Source of the DNA: Minisyncoccota bacterium
GTDB taxonomy: Bacteria; Patescibacteriota; Minisyncoccia; Phycocordibacterales; Phycocordibacteraceae
Assembly (NCBI GenBank): GCA_041663025.1
Contig: JBAZRE010000003.1
Location: forward strand, 2,157-66,156
DNA length: 64,000 nucleotides
Direction: 5' to 3'
Below are positions 24,476 to 32,938 of the stretch, piece by piece. The translations under genes were made by a program, and so were the position numbers. The notes beneath the pieces are model-generated. The model made no database searches. It saw nothing but the letters and a program-made list of their open reading frames with translations, and was not told where the DNA came from. Position 1 is the stretch's first letter. Each line of letters begins with the position of its first letter.

Positions 24476-24510
24476 AGCCCCGGTTCTGCATAATGCAGAA
24501 TCGGGGCTCC
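24476..24510. terminator. Near-perfect 33 bp palindrome, probable bidirectional terminator
   Basis: agccccggttctgcat a atgcagaatcggggct (1 mismatch), flanked by A-run and T-containing sequence. Confidence 0.55.
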
Positions 24511-24542
24511 GTTGTTTCTTGAACAACTGATAGTATTGTCTC

Positions 24543-25076
24543 ATGCTCTACACCGGCACCGGCGATGATGGGAAGACGAAATTATTTAACTGCGATCAGC
24601 AGCGGGTATCAAAGTCATCTGAAGTGCCAGAGGCGCTGGGCGCGCTTGATGAATTAAATGCGTTTTTGGGATTGGTGAAAATAAAAGCGGCAGGAGAACC
24701 GCGAATCGCTTTAGCGATTCGCGAAATACAAGAAAATCTTTTTATCATTCAGGCAGAAGTTGCAGGAGCCGGTAAGAAAATAGGGGAGGACGCGATAATC
24801 GGTGTTGAAAAACTAATAGGCGAAATAGAAAAAGAAATTCCGCCAATCACTGGCTTCTCTATTGCCGGTGGGACTGAACTCTCTGCTCTTCTTGATGTCG
24901 CGCGCACGCTCGCACGCCGTGCTGAACGCGCGTTAATTGCCGCCAAAGACGCAAAAGCAGTCACTCTATCGAGCGGCACTTTGGCATATATGAACCGCCT
25001 CTCGTCGCTCCTCTTCGCTCTCGCTCGCATCGCGAATCATCTCGCGGGCGTGCCAGAAGAAAACCCGCGCTACTAA
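24543..25076 (+). CDS. PduO-type ATP:cob(I)alamin adenosyltransferase
   Basis: 177 aa. MLYTGTGDDGKTKLF N-terminus and helical bundle match PduO/MMAB-type corrinoid adenosyltransferases. Confidence 0.7.
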   Translation: MLYTGTGDDGKTKLFNCDQQRVSKSSEVPEALGALDELNAFLGLVKIKAAGEPRIALAIREIQENLFIIQAEVAGAGKKIGEDAIIGVEKLIGEIEKEIPPITGFSIAGGTELSALLDVARTLARRAERALIAAKDAKAVTLSSGTLAYMNRLSSLLFALARIANHLAGVPEENPRY

Positions 25077-25120
25077 GGCATTCTTTCGATATTTGTGTTA
25101 TAAAAACTCTGTGCGCACAT

Positions 25121-25197
25121 GGTGGTCGTAGCTCAATTGGTAGAGCATCTGCTTGTGGAGCAGAAGGTTGTGGGATCGTGACCCATCGACCACCCCA
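25121..25197 (+). tRNA. tRNA-His (anticodon GTG) with genomically encoded G-1 and 3' CCA
   Basis: G-GTGGTCGTAGCTCAATTGGTAGAGCATCTGCTTGTGGAGCAGAAGGTTGTGGGATCGTGACCCATCGACCAC-C-CCA. Anticodon loop TTGTGGA. Discriminator C73. Atypical T-loop ATCGTGA (A54). Confidence 0.7.
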
Positions 25198-25722
25198 ATG
25201 ATGACAATCCAAAAAGCCGTTCCAGAAGACGCTCTTGGAGTAGGGGAGGTATTTTACAAAACATGGCTCGCGACATATCCCAATGAAGAGTTCGGCATAA
25301 CCGTTGATGACATTGAAGACCGATGGAAAGACAGAAATAAAGCAGATGGCAGCAGAATCAGAAACGCTCCAGATAACGAATTACTTCTCACCGCGAAAGA
25401 TGGCGACAAAATTGTTGGAGTGTGTCGTGCAGTCAAACATACAGATAAAAATAATCTGCAGGCAATTTACATTCTTCCTGAATATCAAGGGCAAGGACTT
25501 GGTAATAGTTTTTGGAAAGAAGCTCTAAAGTTTTTTGATCCAAAAAAAGATATTACCGTCGAAGTCGCGATCTATAACGCCAATGCAATAGAGTTTTATG
25601 AAAAGCTTGGTTTTAAAGACTCTGGCAAAAGATTTTCAAATGAAAGACTGAAAATGAAAAGCGGTGCCATACTTCCCGAAATGGAGATGGTTATAAAAGC
25701 GAGTGAGCGTGATACTATTTGA
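25198..25722 (+). CDS. GNAT family N-acetyltransferase
   Basis: Internal ATG of track ORF 25153..25722, which overlaps tRNA-His. Acetyl-CoA binding motif QGQGLGNSFW and the GNAT beta-bulge region. Confidence 0.7.
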   Translation: MMTIQKAVPEDALGVGEVFYKTWLATYPNEEFGITVDDIEDRWKDRNKADGSRIRNAPDNELLLTAKDGDKIVGVCRAVKHTDKNNLQAIYILPEYQGQGLGNSFWKEALKFFDPKKDITVEVAIYNANAIEFYEKLGFKDSGKRFSNERLKMKSGAILPEMEMVIKASERDTI

Positions 25723-26369
25723 AGATGAAAAACTTCTTTTTCGGTGTTTTTCTCACAGCTGTTGTGGTGGCTGGCGGGCTCATATACCGCAATGTGCTTG
25801 AGCACCCTTCGCAGCCGATAGTGTGCCCGATGGACGCGCTTGTGTGTCCTGACGGCACTTCGGTATCGCGTGTTGGCTCATCCTGCACATTTCCAGTATG
25901 CCCGCCGCCAAATGTTTCATTTTCTAATATCGGCATTTCGTTTGCAGTTCCAGCAGGCTTTGTGATTGCGTCATTGCCAGATTCTGCAAGCGTCGCCGCG
26001 TATCAGATGCCAATACCGACAGCTTCTTCAACTGCTGATATCACAATACGTCGCTTTGCGATTCAAGCATCTTCAACCGCGCTTGCGACCATCAAACAGA
26101 CAGCTATTGGTGGCGCCTCTGGAGCGCCAGTCGGTGCGACTTCATTTTCTTCCAAAACTCTCGGATCGTATCGCTTCACGGTCGTCGCGATAGAACGCTT
26201 CGAGGGAGTTATTGATACGGCGTATTATCTCGCTCGCAGCACTGACGTACTCCGCTTTGACGCGATTGACCGAGGAGCTGATTGGACCAATCCGAACCTT
26301 AACGTTTCAACTCTTCCTGCAGCTGCGGCACTCGAGAAGCTCCTCGCGACCCTGCAAGGGCAGGGGTAA
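25719..26369 (+). CDS. Hypothetical membrane-anchored/secreted Cys-rich protein
   Basis: 216 aa. N-terminal TM/signal FFFGVFLTAVVVAGG, then 6 Cys in 40 aa (CPMDALVCPDGTSVSRVGSSCTFPVCPPP). Confidence 0.4.
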   Translation: MKMKNFFFGVFLTAVVVAGGLIYRNVLEHPSQPIVCPMDALVCPDGTSVSRVGSSCTFPVCPPPNVSFSNIGISFAVPAGFVIASLPDSASVAAYQMPIPTASSTADITIRRFAIQASSTALATIKQTAIGGASGAPVGATSFSSKTLGSYRFTVVAIERFEGVIDTAYYLARSTDVLRFDAIDRGADWTNPNLNVSTLPAAAALEKLLATLQGQG

Positions 26370-26409
26370 AGTGCTATAGTTTTGGCAGTTACTCAATAAC
26401 CATTTTGCC

Positions 26410-27213
26410 ATGAATGACAACCCTTTTTGTAAGATCTGTGATAATGGTGTTGCACGTGTCGCATTTATAAGCACGATCGTGATACTTGCACTCTTCTTGC
26501 TCGCACAGACGATGAATACTTTGGGGAACATTGGTCGCTCGGGTGTACCGGCGACCGACACCATTACGGTACAGGGCGATGGCCAGGCGACACTCCCGCC
26601 GGATGTCGCGCGTATTTCTTTCACCGTTGATAATACGAAGGTCACTGTTGCAGATGCGCAAGACGCCACCACCAAACAAGCAAATGCCGCAATCGCGTTT
26701 GTAAAAGAGCAGGGTGTTGCAGACAAAGATGTAAAAACACTCTCGTACAACATCAGTCCACAGTATTCGTATCCAAATCCGTGCCAGCCTGGAATGCTTT
26801 GTCCGACATATACCGGTACACCGAAGATAACGGGCTATCAAGTCTCTGAAACAATTCAAGTGACCATGCGTGACCTCACGAAGGTTGGCGAAATGTTGGG
26901 CGGACTCGGGAAACTTGAAGTACAGAATGTAAATGGCCCTGCTTTTGCGCTCGATGACTCAACTGCCGGCTACGATGCCGCGCGCGCCGATGCGATTACC
27001 AAAGCAAAGACGCAGGCGAAACTTCTCTCAAAGCAGCTCGGTGTTTCTCTCGGCAAAATAGTGAACTTCAGCGAGTCATCGGGCGGCTACGCTTATCCGA
27101 TGTACGGTCTTGGCATGGGCGTGTCGAGTACGAAAGCAGAATCTGCACCAAATGTTCCGGTAGGTGAGAACACCTACAACGCATCAGTCTCTATCACCTA
27201 CGAGATTCGCTAG
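26410..27213 (+). CDS. SIMPL-domain (DUF541) periplasmic protein
   Basis: 267 aa. TM anchor then ITVQGDGQATLPPDVARISFTV... and C-terminal VSITYEI match the SIMPL/BP26 family pattern. Confidence 0.65.
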   Translation: MNDNPFCKICDNGVARVAFISTIVILALFLLAQTMNTLGNIGRSGVPATDTITVQGDGQATLPPDVARISFTVDNTKVTVADAQDATTKQANAAIAFVKEQGVADKDVKTLSYNISPQYSYPNPCQPGMLCPTYTGTPKITGYQVSETIQVTMRDLTKVGEMLGGLGKLEVQNVNGPAFALDDSTAGYDAARADAITKAKTQAKLLSKQLGVSLGKIVNFSESSGGYAYPMYGLGMGVSSTKAESAPNVPVGENTYNASVSITYEIR

Positions 27214-27220
27214 CAGCAAG

Positions 27221-27290
27221 CAAGGAGACACCTCCCTCCGTGAGGAGTCACCTTGATTGCTGGGGGTGTCACCTTGTGGACGACCGTTGA
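27221..27290. promoter_or_regulatory. Repeat element B (inverted copy of element A) plus GGTGTCACCTT half-palindrome, upstream of a promoter-like TTGACG-N17-TATGCT and a hairpin plus T-run before secE
   Basis: 27221-27252 caaggagacacctccctccgtgaggagtcacc equals the reverse complement of 18484-18515 with 2 mismatches. Both variants keep a CUCC-GNRA-GGAG hairpin (GUGA versus GCGA loop). Confidence 0.4.
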
Positions 27291-27363
27291 CGTACACTTT
27301 GTGCTGTAGTATGCTCTTGAAATACAGAGCCCGCAGGGCTTTTTTATTTACCAAACACTTGCT

Positions 27364-27549
27364 ATGACATCACTCTTCACCTATCTGAAGCATGTTCGCG
27401 AAGAATTCACGCATATCGTCTGGCCGACACGGCACACAGCGATCGCGCATACACTCGTGGTCATTTTTATCGCGGCGGTCATCGCTCTTCTTGTGGGGTT
27501 GCTCGACTACATCTTCGGTTTGGGAGTGAGTCGCGCCATTATCGGCTAA
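27364..27549 (+). CDS. secE: Preprotein translocase subunit SecE
   Basis: 61 aa with single TM helix. Conserved position directly upstream of nusG. Confidence 0.75.
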   Translation: MTSLFTYLKHVREEFTHIVWPTRHTAIAHTLVVIFIAAVIALLVGLLDYIFGLGVSRAIIG

Positions 27550-27559
27550 CTTTTCTTAT

Positions 27560-28198
27560 ATGGATGAACAATACTCACCGCGAGAAGAGATGGAGATGCC
27601 TGATGAAGTTGGCATGGCAGATATTGCGCCCTCAGTGAAAAAGGAGGTTCGTGATGAAGTTGTACAAAACGAATCAGATGCGCGCTGGTACACCATTCAT
27701 ACGTATGCCGGTTATGAGAACGCCGTTGAACGCAACTTGAAGCAGCGCATTGAGTCTCTCGGTATGGAGGAGAAGATTTTTGATGTCATTGTCCCAACCG
27801 AAAAGAAGATTCGCGTGAAGGGAGGCAAGCGCATTGTTGAAGAAGAGAAAATATACCCAGGATATATTCTCGTGCGGATGATTGTTGATGATGATTCGTG
27901 GTTCGTGGTGCGCAATACTCCGCGCGTGACAGGCTTTGTCGGCGCGGGCAACACACCCGTCCCTATGGAGGAGTCTGAAGTGACATCCCTGATGAAGCGT
28001 ATGACAGCCGAGGCGCCCAAGCATCGTATTGACCTCGTCAAAGAGGATCCGGTCGTTATCGCCGATGGTCCCTTCAAGGATCTTGAGGGCAAGGTGAGCG
28101 AAATTGATGAAGATCGAGGGAAGGTGAAGGTGATGGTCTCGATGTTCGGGCGCGAGACGCCAGTAGAATTAGATTTCCTTCAGATAAGGAAACTCTAA
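27560..28198 (+). CDS. nusG: Transcription termination/antitermination factor NusG (with N-terminal acidic extension)
   Basis: 212 aa. NGN domain (WYTIHTYAGYENAV), KOW motif (VRVKGGKRIVEEEKIYPGYILVRM...VSEIDEDRGKVKVMVSMFGRETPVEL). Confidence 0.85.
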   Translation: MDEQYSPREEMEMPDEVGMADIAPSVKKEVRDEVVQNESDARWYTIHTYAGYENAVERNLKQRIESLGMEEKIFDVIVPTEKKIRVKGGKRIVEEEKIYPGYILVRMIVDDDSWFVVRNTPRVTGFVGAGNTPVPMEESEVTSLMKRMTAEAPKHRIDLVKEDPVVIADGPFKDLEGKVSEIDEDRGKVKVMVSMFGRETPVELDFLQIRKL

Positions 28199-28217
28199 TT
28201 CTAAGCACCAAGCACCA

Positions 28218-28690
28218 AATTCGAAATCCCAAATAAGCACCAAGCACGAAATCATAAATGATGCCAAAGCTCAAAAAATGAAATCTGAAAAGAAATTTGA
28301 CTTAGAGGAGCGAACACTTGATTTTGCGAAAGATGTTCGCAAGCTTGTTAAAGCACTCCCGAAATCAGTTGCACTTATTGAAGACGGGAAACAATTAGTA
28401 CGTTCGTCAGGATCAGTAGGAGCGAATTATATCGAAGCGAATGAGGCGTTGAGCAAAAAGGATTTTATGATGCGAGTCAAAATCGCACGCAAAGAAGCAA
28501 AGGAGAGCCGCTACTGGCTGAAACTAATCGAGGTCTCGGAACAGTTTGAAAAAGATCGTGCTAATTTGGAACAAGAAGCAGTCGAACTCACGAAGATCTT
28601 GAGCACAATTTTGCAAAAAGCTACAGTTTAATCCTGTGTTTATTATTTTGAACTTGTTTCGTGCTTGGTGCTTGAGATTTGGAATTTTTT
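28218..28690. mobile_element. IR-flanked insertion between nusG and rplK carrying a four-helix-bundle (PF05635-like) gene
   Basis: Left arm aaattcgaaatcccaaataagcaccaagcacgaaa (28218-28252) and right arm (reverse complement) aaattccaaatctcaagcaccaagcacgaaa (28657-28690). The core 17 bp aagcaccaagcacgaaa is a perfect inverted repeat. A partial direct copy aagcaccaagcac lies at 28203-28215. Confidence 0.5.
28278..28631 (+). CDS. Four-helix-bundle protein (23S rRNA intervening-sequence protein / Avd-like family), stand-alone
   Basis: 117 aa. ...SVGANYIEANEALSKKDFMMRVKIARKEAKESRYWLKLI... is the family pattern shared with avd1 and avd2 in this window. Confidence 0.65.
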   Translation: MKSEKKFDLEERTLDFAKDVRKLVKALPKSVALIEDGKQLVRSSGSVGANYIEANEALSKKDFMMRVKIARKEAKESRYWLKLIEVSEQFEKDRANLEQEAVELTKILSTILQKATV

Positions 28691-28716
28691 CCACGCCGTG
28701 GTAGCGTGGGGACACT

Positions 28717-29136
28717 ATGGCTAAAGTAGTAAAAAAGATAAAACTTCAGATCCCGGGCGGCAAGGCTACGCCTGCGCCTCCTGTCGGCACTGCGCTTGGG
28801 CCAGCCGGCGTGAACATTGGTCAATTTGTGACCCAGTTTAACGACGCGACCAAGGACAAGATGGGCATCATCATCCCGGTTGAGCTCTCGGTCTTTGATG
28901 ATCGTACCTTCACCTTCATCATGAAGAATCCGCCGGCCTCGCGCCTTATCCTCAAGGCGCTCGGTATCGAGAAGGGCTCGATGAAACCAAAAGAAACTAA
29001 AGTGGGCACACTGACGAAGGCGCAGGTCGCCGAGATTGTCGCGGAGAAGATCCCAGACATGAACGCAAGCTCGCCCGAGGCAGCAGCCCGCACGATCGAG
29101 GGCACAGCACGAAGCATGGGCATTTCAGTAAAATAA
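28717..29136 (+). CDS. rplK: 50S ribosomal protein L11
   Basis: 139 aa. [43 protein letters not shown] is the L11 N-terminal signature. Confidence 0.9.
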   Translation: MAKVVKKIKLQIPGGKATPAPPVGTALGPAGVNIGQFVTQFNDATKDKMGIIIPVELSVFDDRTFTFIMKNPPASRLILKALGIEKGSMKPKETKVGTLTKAQVAEIVAEKIPDMNASSPEAAARTIEGTARSMGISVK

Positions 29137-29172
29137 GGCTAACTTTGTGGAAGTCCGACTTCCACAGAAACA

Positions 29173-29203
29173 GAAAAGGCGCTTTTGAGGCGCCTTTTTG
29201 TTT
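29173..29203. terminator. Bidirectional intrinsic terminator between rplK (+) and folA (-)
   Basis: aaaaggcgc ttttgag gcgcc tttttgttt: GC stem flanked by A-run upstream and T-run downstream. Confidence 0.6.
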
Positions 29204-29209
29204 GATCAA

Positions 29210-29734
29210 CTAACGCGAATAGGTTTCAAATAACGTTTCATATTCATCATTTGGATTCCACTTGCGCCGGCCAGAGCTTCTTATACTTTTCCATTCCATG
29301 CTCGTTATCGCTGGGAAGTACACGTCGCCACACAGCTCTGGTGCGTAAACGGTGGTGAGGCACAACCTCTTTACGTGTTGCATCGGTAGAAAAAGATTAA
29401 AGATTTCTCCTCCGCCGATTACACAAGCACGTCCCCCATGTTCGGCAACTTTCTCAAGTGCTTTTTGAATCGAGTCAACAAACTGCACTAAGTCGTGATT
29501 GGAACGAACATATCTTCTCGTAAGCACAATATGCTTCCGATCAGGAAGCGGTCTTGCATTACGACGGAGAATTGACTCATACGTCTTACGTCCCATCACC
29601 ACAACTCCCGCTTCTGTGGTGATTTGTTTGAATCGAGCCAAATCGCTTGGCAGCTTCTGCCACGGCAGTTTGCCGTTGTTCCCGATAACCCGCTCTTGTG
29701 TCATCGCTACGATGATAGAAAGATCAATATCCAT
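29210..29734 (-). CDS. folA: Dihydrofolate reductase
   Basis: Internal Met20 of track ORF. MDIDLSIIVAMTQERVIGNNGKLPWQKLPSDLARFKQITTEAGVVVMGRKTYESI is the DHFR signature. Confidence 0.85.
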   Translation of the reverse strand: MDIDLSIIVAMTQERVIGNNGKLPWQKLPSDLARFKQITTEAGVVVMGRKTYESILRRNARPLPDRKHIVLTRRYVRSNHDLVQFVDSIQKALEKVAEHGGRACVIGGGEIFNLFLPMQHVKRLCLTTVYAPELCGDVYFPAITSMEWKSIRSSGRRKWNPNDEYETLFETYSR

Positions 29735-29896
29735 ACAAACCTCCTCTTGTGAATTTATTTTCCTTCTGCACCTTCTCGCACATGCCGCCAAATGTCAAAT
29801 TGGCACCATTTGTTATTTGGCTCGCTTGGTAGTAGAGTCTGCGCCAGACAGTCTGTACAAATAAACCACATAAAACATAGAAAGGGAGGGTGAGAA

Positions 29897-30571
29897 ATGA
29901 CAAAAAAGGTAAAGGAGACACATTCTCTTATGTATCAAGCGGTTGAACCTGATAAGGTTCTGCGGAGAGCGTCGCGGATTATTAAAGGCACGGCTACATT
30001 TGAGGACCGGTTCGTGCCAGAGCACGGGATACTCTTACAACTCATTCAGTCATTACGTTCGATGGGATGTACGATTTGTTTCGTAACTGGGGTGTGGGAC
30101 TTAATTCACATTGGTCACGCCGAGTACATCGCACGTGGGAAAAAAGAGGCCATCAAACTCTATCCAGAGACCGATCATATGATTATGGTCGTCGGGGTAG
30201 ACACTGATGAGTTTACCAAGCTGCGAAAGGGTCCGGATCGGCCAGTTGTCCCACAAGACGAACGTCTGAGGATGCTCGGACACCTACGGGCGGTTGATAT
30301 TCTCACGTTGCAATACGAAGAAGATCAACTCTTCCAGATTGTCGCTCATGACGTACGAATCATCTCAGAATCCACCAAAGATCTCCCGGCACTCGAGAAG
30401 ATACAAAAACAATGCGCACACATTGTGAATCTTCCGCCACAGGCGGAGACGAGCACAACGGCGCGTATCCGGCGACTTTCTTTTGATGGCGCCGCAAACG
30501 TTCTCTTGAAGGCCGAGAAGGCACTCTTAACTGCTCTGAAGGAGGTGCGAGATGAAATCGAGAAACAGTGA
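29897..30571 (+). CDS. Cytidylyltransferase-like (HxGH) nucleotidyltransferase
   Basis: 224 aa. FVTGVWDLIHIGHAEYI matches the (T/H)xGH motif of the CTP/ATP nucleotidyltransferase superfamily (TagD/RfaE/NMNAT-like). Confidence 0.55.
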   Translation: MTKKVKETHSLMYQAVEPDKVLRRASRIIKGTATFEDRFVPEHGILLQLIQSLRSMGCTICFVTGVWDLIHIGHAEYIARGKKEAIKLYPETDHMIMVVGVDTDEFTKLRKGPDRPVVPQDERLRMLGHLRAVDILTLQYEEDQLFQIVAHDVRIISESTKDLPALEKIQKQCAHIVNLPPQAETSTTARIRRLSFDGAANVLLKAEKALLTALKEVRDEIEKQ

Positions 30572-31400
30572 TGTTGTATTAGTCGCGTATGTACCGGTGC
30601 CGCACGCGGGGTATCTGAAGTTCTTCAGAGCATACAAGGGAAGTACGTTGTATGTTCTTGGAGACGAGTTCATTCAGCAGTTTCAACCTCTCGTTCGGAA
30701 CTTGCCGGCCGTAACGCCAGAAGAAGTGCGGAAGATGATTGTGCCACTCGATATCTTTGAGAGCATTCGCATTCTTACCCCAAGAAGCATCAGTGTCGTG
30801 CAGCAATCAAATGTTGTTGTTATGCCTGATGAAGATGTATCACATGCTATGGCAGAGAAATATCTCTCTGGCGTATCGGTCACCTTTGACGGTAGTTGGC
30901 GGCTTCGCTGGGACTGGGGCTCGACACAGGCGAAGCGGCGACCTGAAGGTGAACGTGTGGTTTCGAAAGAAATCATCGACCACTACTTCATGCGAACCTC
31001 TTTTGCTCTCGCAGAAAAAAGCCCTGACTGGTGGCGACAGATAGGTTCGCTGCTTGTACGAGATGGGAGAACCCTCCTTTCTGCCTTCAATCAACATGTG
31101 CCAAGCGAGCAGAGCTGTTACTGCTACGGTGATCCTCGCAGCAACTTCGAACCGGGACAATGCATAGATGCTTCGTGTGCATTACATGCTGAAACGGGAA
31201 TTATTGCCGAAGCGGCACGTCGTGGCGTCGCCATGGAGGGGTGCGACCTGTACGTCACTACTTTCCCTTGTCCGCCCTGCGCATATGCCTGTGCACGTAC
31301 CGGCATCAAGCGACTCTTCTATGCCGACGGATATGCATTAATCTCTGGAGCTGAAGAGCTTGAGGCGAGAGGTGTGAAGATTATTCGTGTGGAGATGTAG
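30552..31400 (+). CDS. dCMP/CMP deaminase-family protein with about 130 aa N-terminal extension of unknown function
   Basis: 282 aa. C-terminal zinc-binding motifs CALHAETGII...TTFPCPPCAYAC (HAE...PCxxC). No motif recognised in the N-terminal half. Confidence 0.6.
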   Translation: MKSRNSDVVLVAYVPVPHAGYLKFFRAYKGSTLYVLGDEFIQQFQPLVRNLPAVTPEEVRKMIVPLDIFESIRILTPRSISVVQQSNVVVMPDEDVSHAMAEKYLSGVSVTFDGSWRLRWDWGSTQAKRRPEGERVVSKEIIDHYFMRTSFALAEKSPDWWRQIGSLLVRDGRTLLSAFNQHVPSEQSCYCYGDPRSNFEPGQCIDASCALHAETGIIAEAARRGVAMEGCDLYVTTFPCPPCAYACARTGIKRLFYADGYALISGAEELEARGVKIIRVEM

Positions 31401-31416
31401 TTCTGTAAGTATAAGA

Positions 31417-31447
31417 AAACCCCCAGTCCTAGGACTGGGGGTTTTGT
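31417..31447. terminator. Bidirectional intrinsic terminator (deaminase + / HIT -)
   Basis: aaaaccccc agtcctaggact gggggttttg: palindromic stem with A-run/T-run flanks. Confidence 0.6.
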
Positions 31448-31448
31448 G

Positions 31449-31907
31449 TCACTTCTCAAATCCAACAAGTGCTTTGATCGGTTTTGAATGTGCTGTTCGC
31501 GGGCCGCCAACAACGAGATGTGCGTGCAGATGGATCACTGATGCTCCGGTTATACCCATAATGCCAGATCGAATAAAGAATGTTCCGCCTTGAATAACAT
31601 ATTCTTCCACAAATTTTCGATGAAGGTCCTTGAGATCAAGCCATTCTGTAGCAGACATTTCTTCTATTCTTTCAATATGTCGCCGTGCTATGAATAGAAT
31701 GTGAAATTCTGTTCCTTCGTATGGCCACGAATTTCTTGTGACGAGCCAGTGCTTGGATTTATACAACAATGGCCTGCGGTGATGATAATCAAGGTTTTCC
31801 TCGCAAAAAGGACAGAACCCTTTTGCGATAATCATCTCGAGAGTTTGAACATAATCATCGCGTGACACAACTTGTGCATTTCCTACATCAACTTGTTTTT
31901 TCTCCAC
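31449..31907 (-). CDS. HIT (histidine triad) family hydrolase
   Basis: 152 aa. HxHxHxx motif VIHLHAHLVVG near the C-terminus. Confidence 0.75.
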   Translation of the reverse strand: MEKKQVDVGNAQVVSRDDYVQTLEMIIAKGFCPFCEENLDYHHRRPLLYKSKHWLVTRNSWPYEGTEFHILFIARRHIERIEEMSATEWLDLKDLHRKFVEEYVIQGGTFFIRSGIMGITGASVIHLHAHLVVGGPRTAHSKPIKALVGFEK

Positions 31908-31921
31908 GTTCTCCTCCTTTC

Positions 31922-32827
31922 TTACGGGCTGTAGGGAATCTTCATTGCCGGATGCGGATGATACTCTTCGAGCTCAAAGTGTTCGACTCTGAAGTCAAAG
32001 AGATTGTGCACCATAGGGTCGAGTCTCAAGATGGGGAAGGCGTGAGCCTTCCGTTCGATGAGTCTGTGTACACTCTCAATCTGGTTTTCGTAGATGTGTG
32101 CATTGCCGATGAATCCATGCACATAGTTCCCTGGAGGGAAACCGGTTACCTGACTCATCATTAGTAACAATGCTGCATACTGAATCATATTTGAAGGTAC
32201 TCCGACGGGAAAGTCTGCCGAACGCTGATTCATGAGCATATCCAACCTTCCGTTCATGACACCGAAATGTAGCCATCCGTGACAAGGCGCTACTATAACC
32301 TTCCGATTCGGACCACGTGCCGTGTAGTAGGGCTTCCATGGTGTTACGAGATGTGTGCGCATTGTCGGATAAAGCCGGATTTGTTCGAGCACCTGCTTAA
32401 ACTGGTCCAGTGTCTGACGGCTATTCAGGGTTTTGTAGAACGGCGTCTCGAAGTCGTGGAATGCCGGACCATACGAACCCGGACCCATATCATCAGGATC
32501 GAGACCAAGCGTTGCTCCTTTACCACGGTAATCTTCCCAGAAATCGCACCCATAGGCTGCAATTTCATCGAGAGTTCTTGCCCCATTGATGAAAGCGATA
32601 ATCTCTCCAACAGCTTTCCTCCAGAAGCCGTTTGCACTGCGCTCAGTGATGAGCGGCACGCCGTTTGTTAGGTCAAAGACCATTTGCGGCAGGGTGCCGA
32701 AGCAGGTAAGAGCCCCGACTCCTTGTGGCGTTTCCTTCACCATCTCTCCGTGTTCGAGAATGTGCCGAAGCCTATCTCGATATTGTGTGTCCGGTGTCCG
32801 TCTTTCGAGCGGTTTATACGTTTCCAT
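31922..32827 (-). CDS. thyA: Thymidylate synthase ThyA
   Basis: C-terminal 301 codons of track ORF 31922..33439 starting METYKPLERR. RBS-like gaggaggc upstream. Catalytic Cys region PCHGWLHFGV and ...GNAHIYENQ. Confidence 0.85.
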   Translation of the reverse strand: METYKPLERRTPDTQYRDRLRHILEHGEMVKETPQGVGALTCFGTLPQMVFDLTNGVPLITERSANGFWRKAVGEIIAFINGARTLDEIAAYGCDFWEDYRGKGATLGLDPDDMGPGSYGPAFHDFETPFYKTLNSRQTLDQFKQVLEQIRLYPTMRTHLVTPWKPYYTARGPNRKVIVAPCHGWLHFGVMNGRLDMLMNQRSADFPVGVPSNMIQYAALLLMMSQVTGFPPGNYVHGFIGNAHIYENQIESVHRLIERKAHAFPILRLDPMVHNLFDFRVEHFELEEYHPHPAMKIPYSP

Positions 32828-32938
32828 ATAATGCCTCCTCTCTATCGTTGTGTGTTTGTTAAGAACAGTATTGTCCTGCCGCATCCTACCGAACGTACGC
32901 AAATAGTCAAACGCGCCAGATATCGCTATACTCACTCT

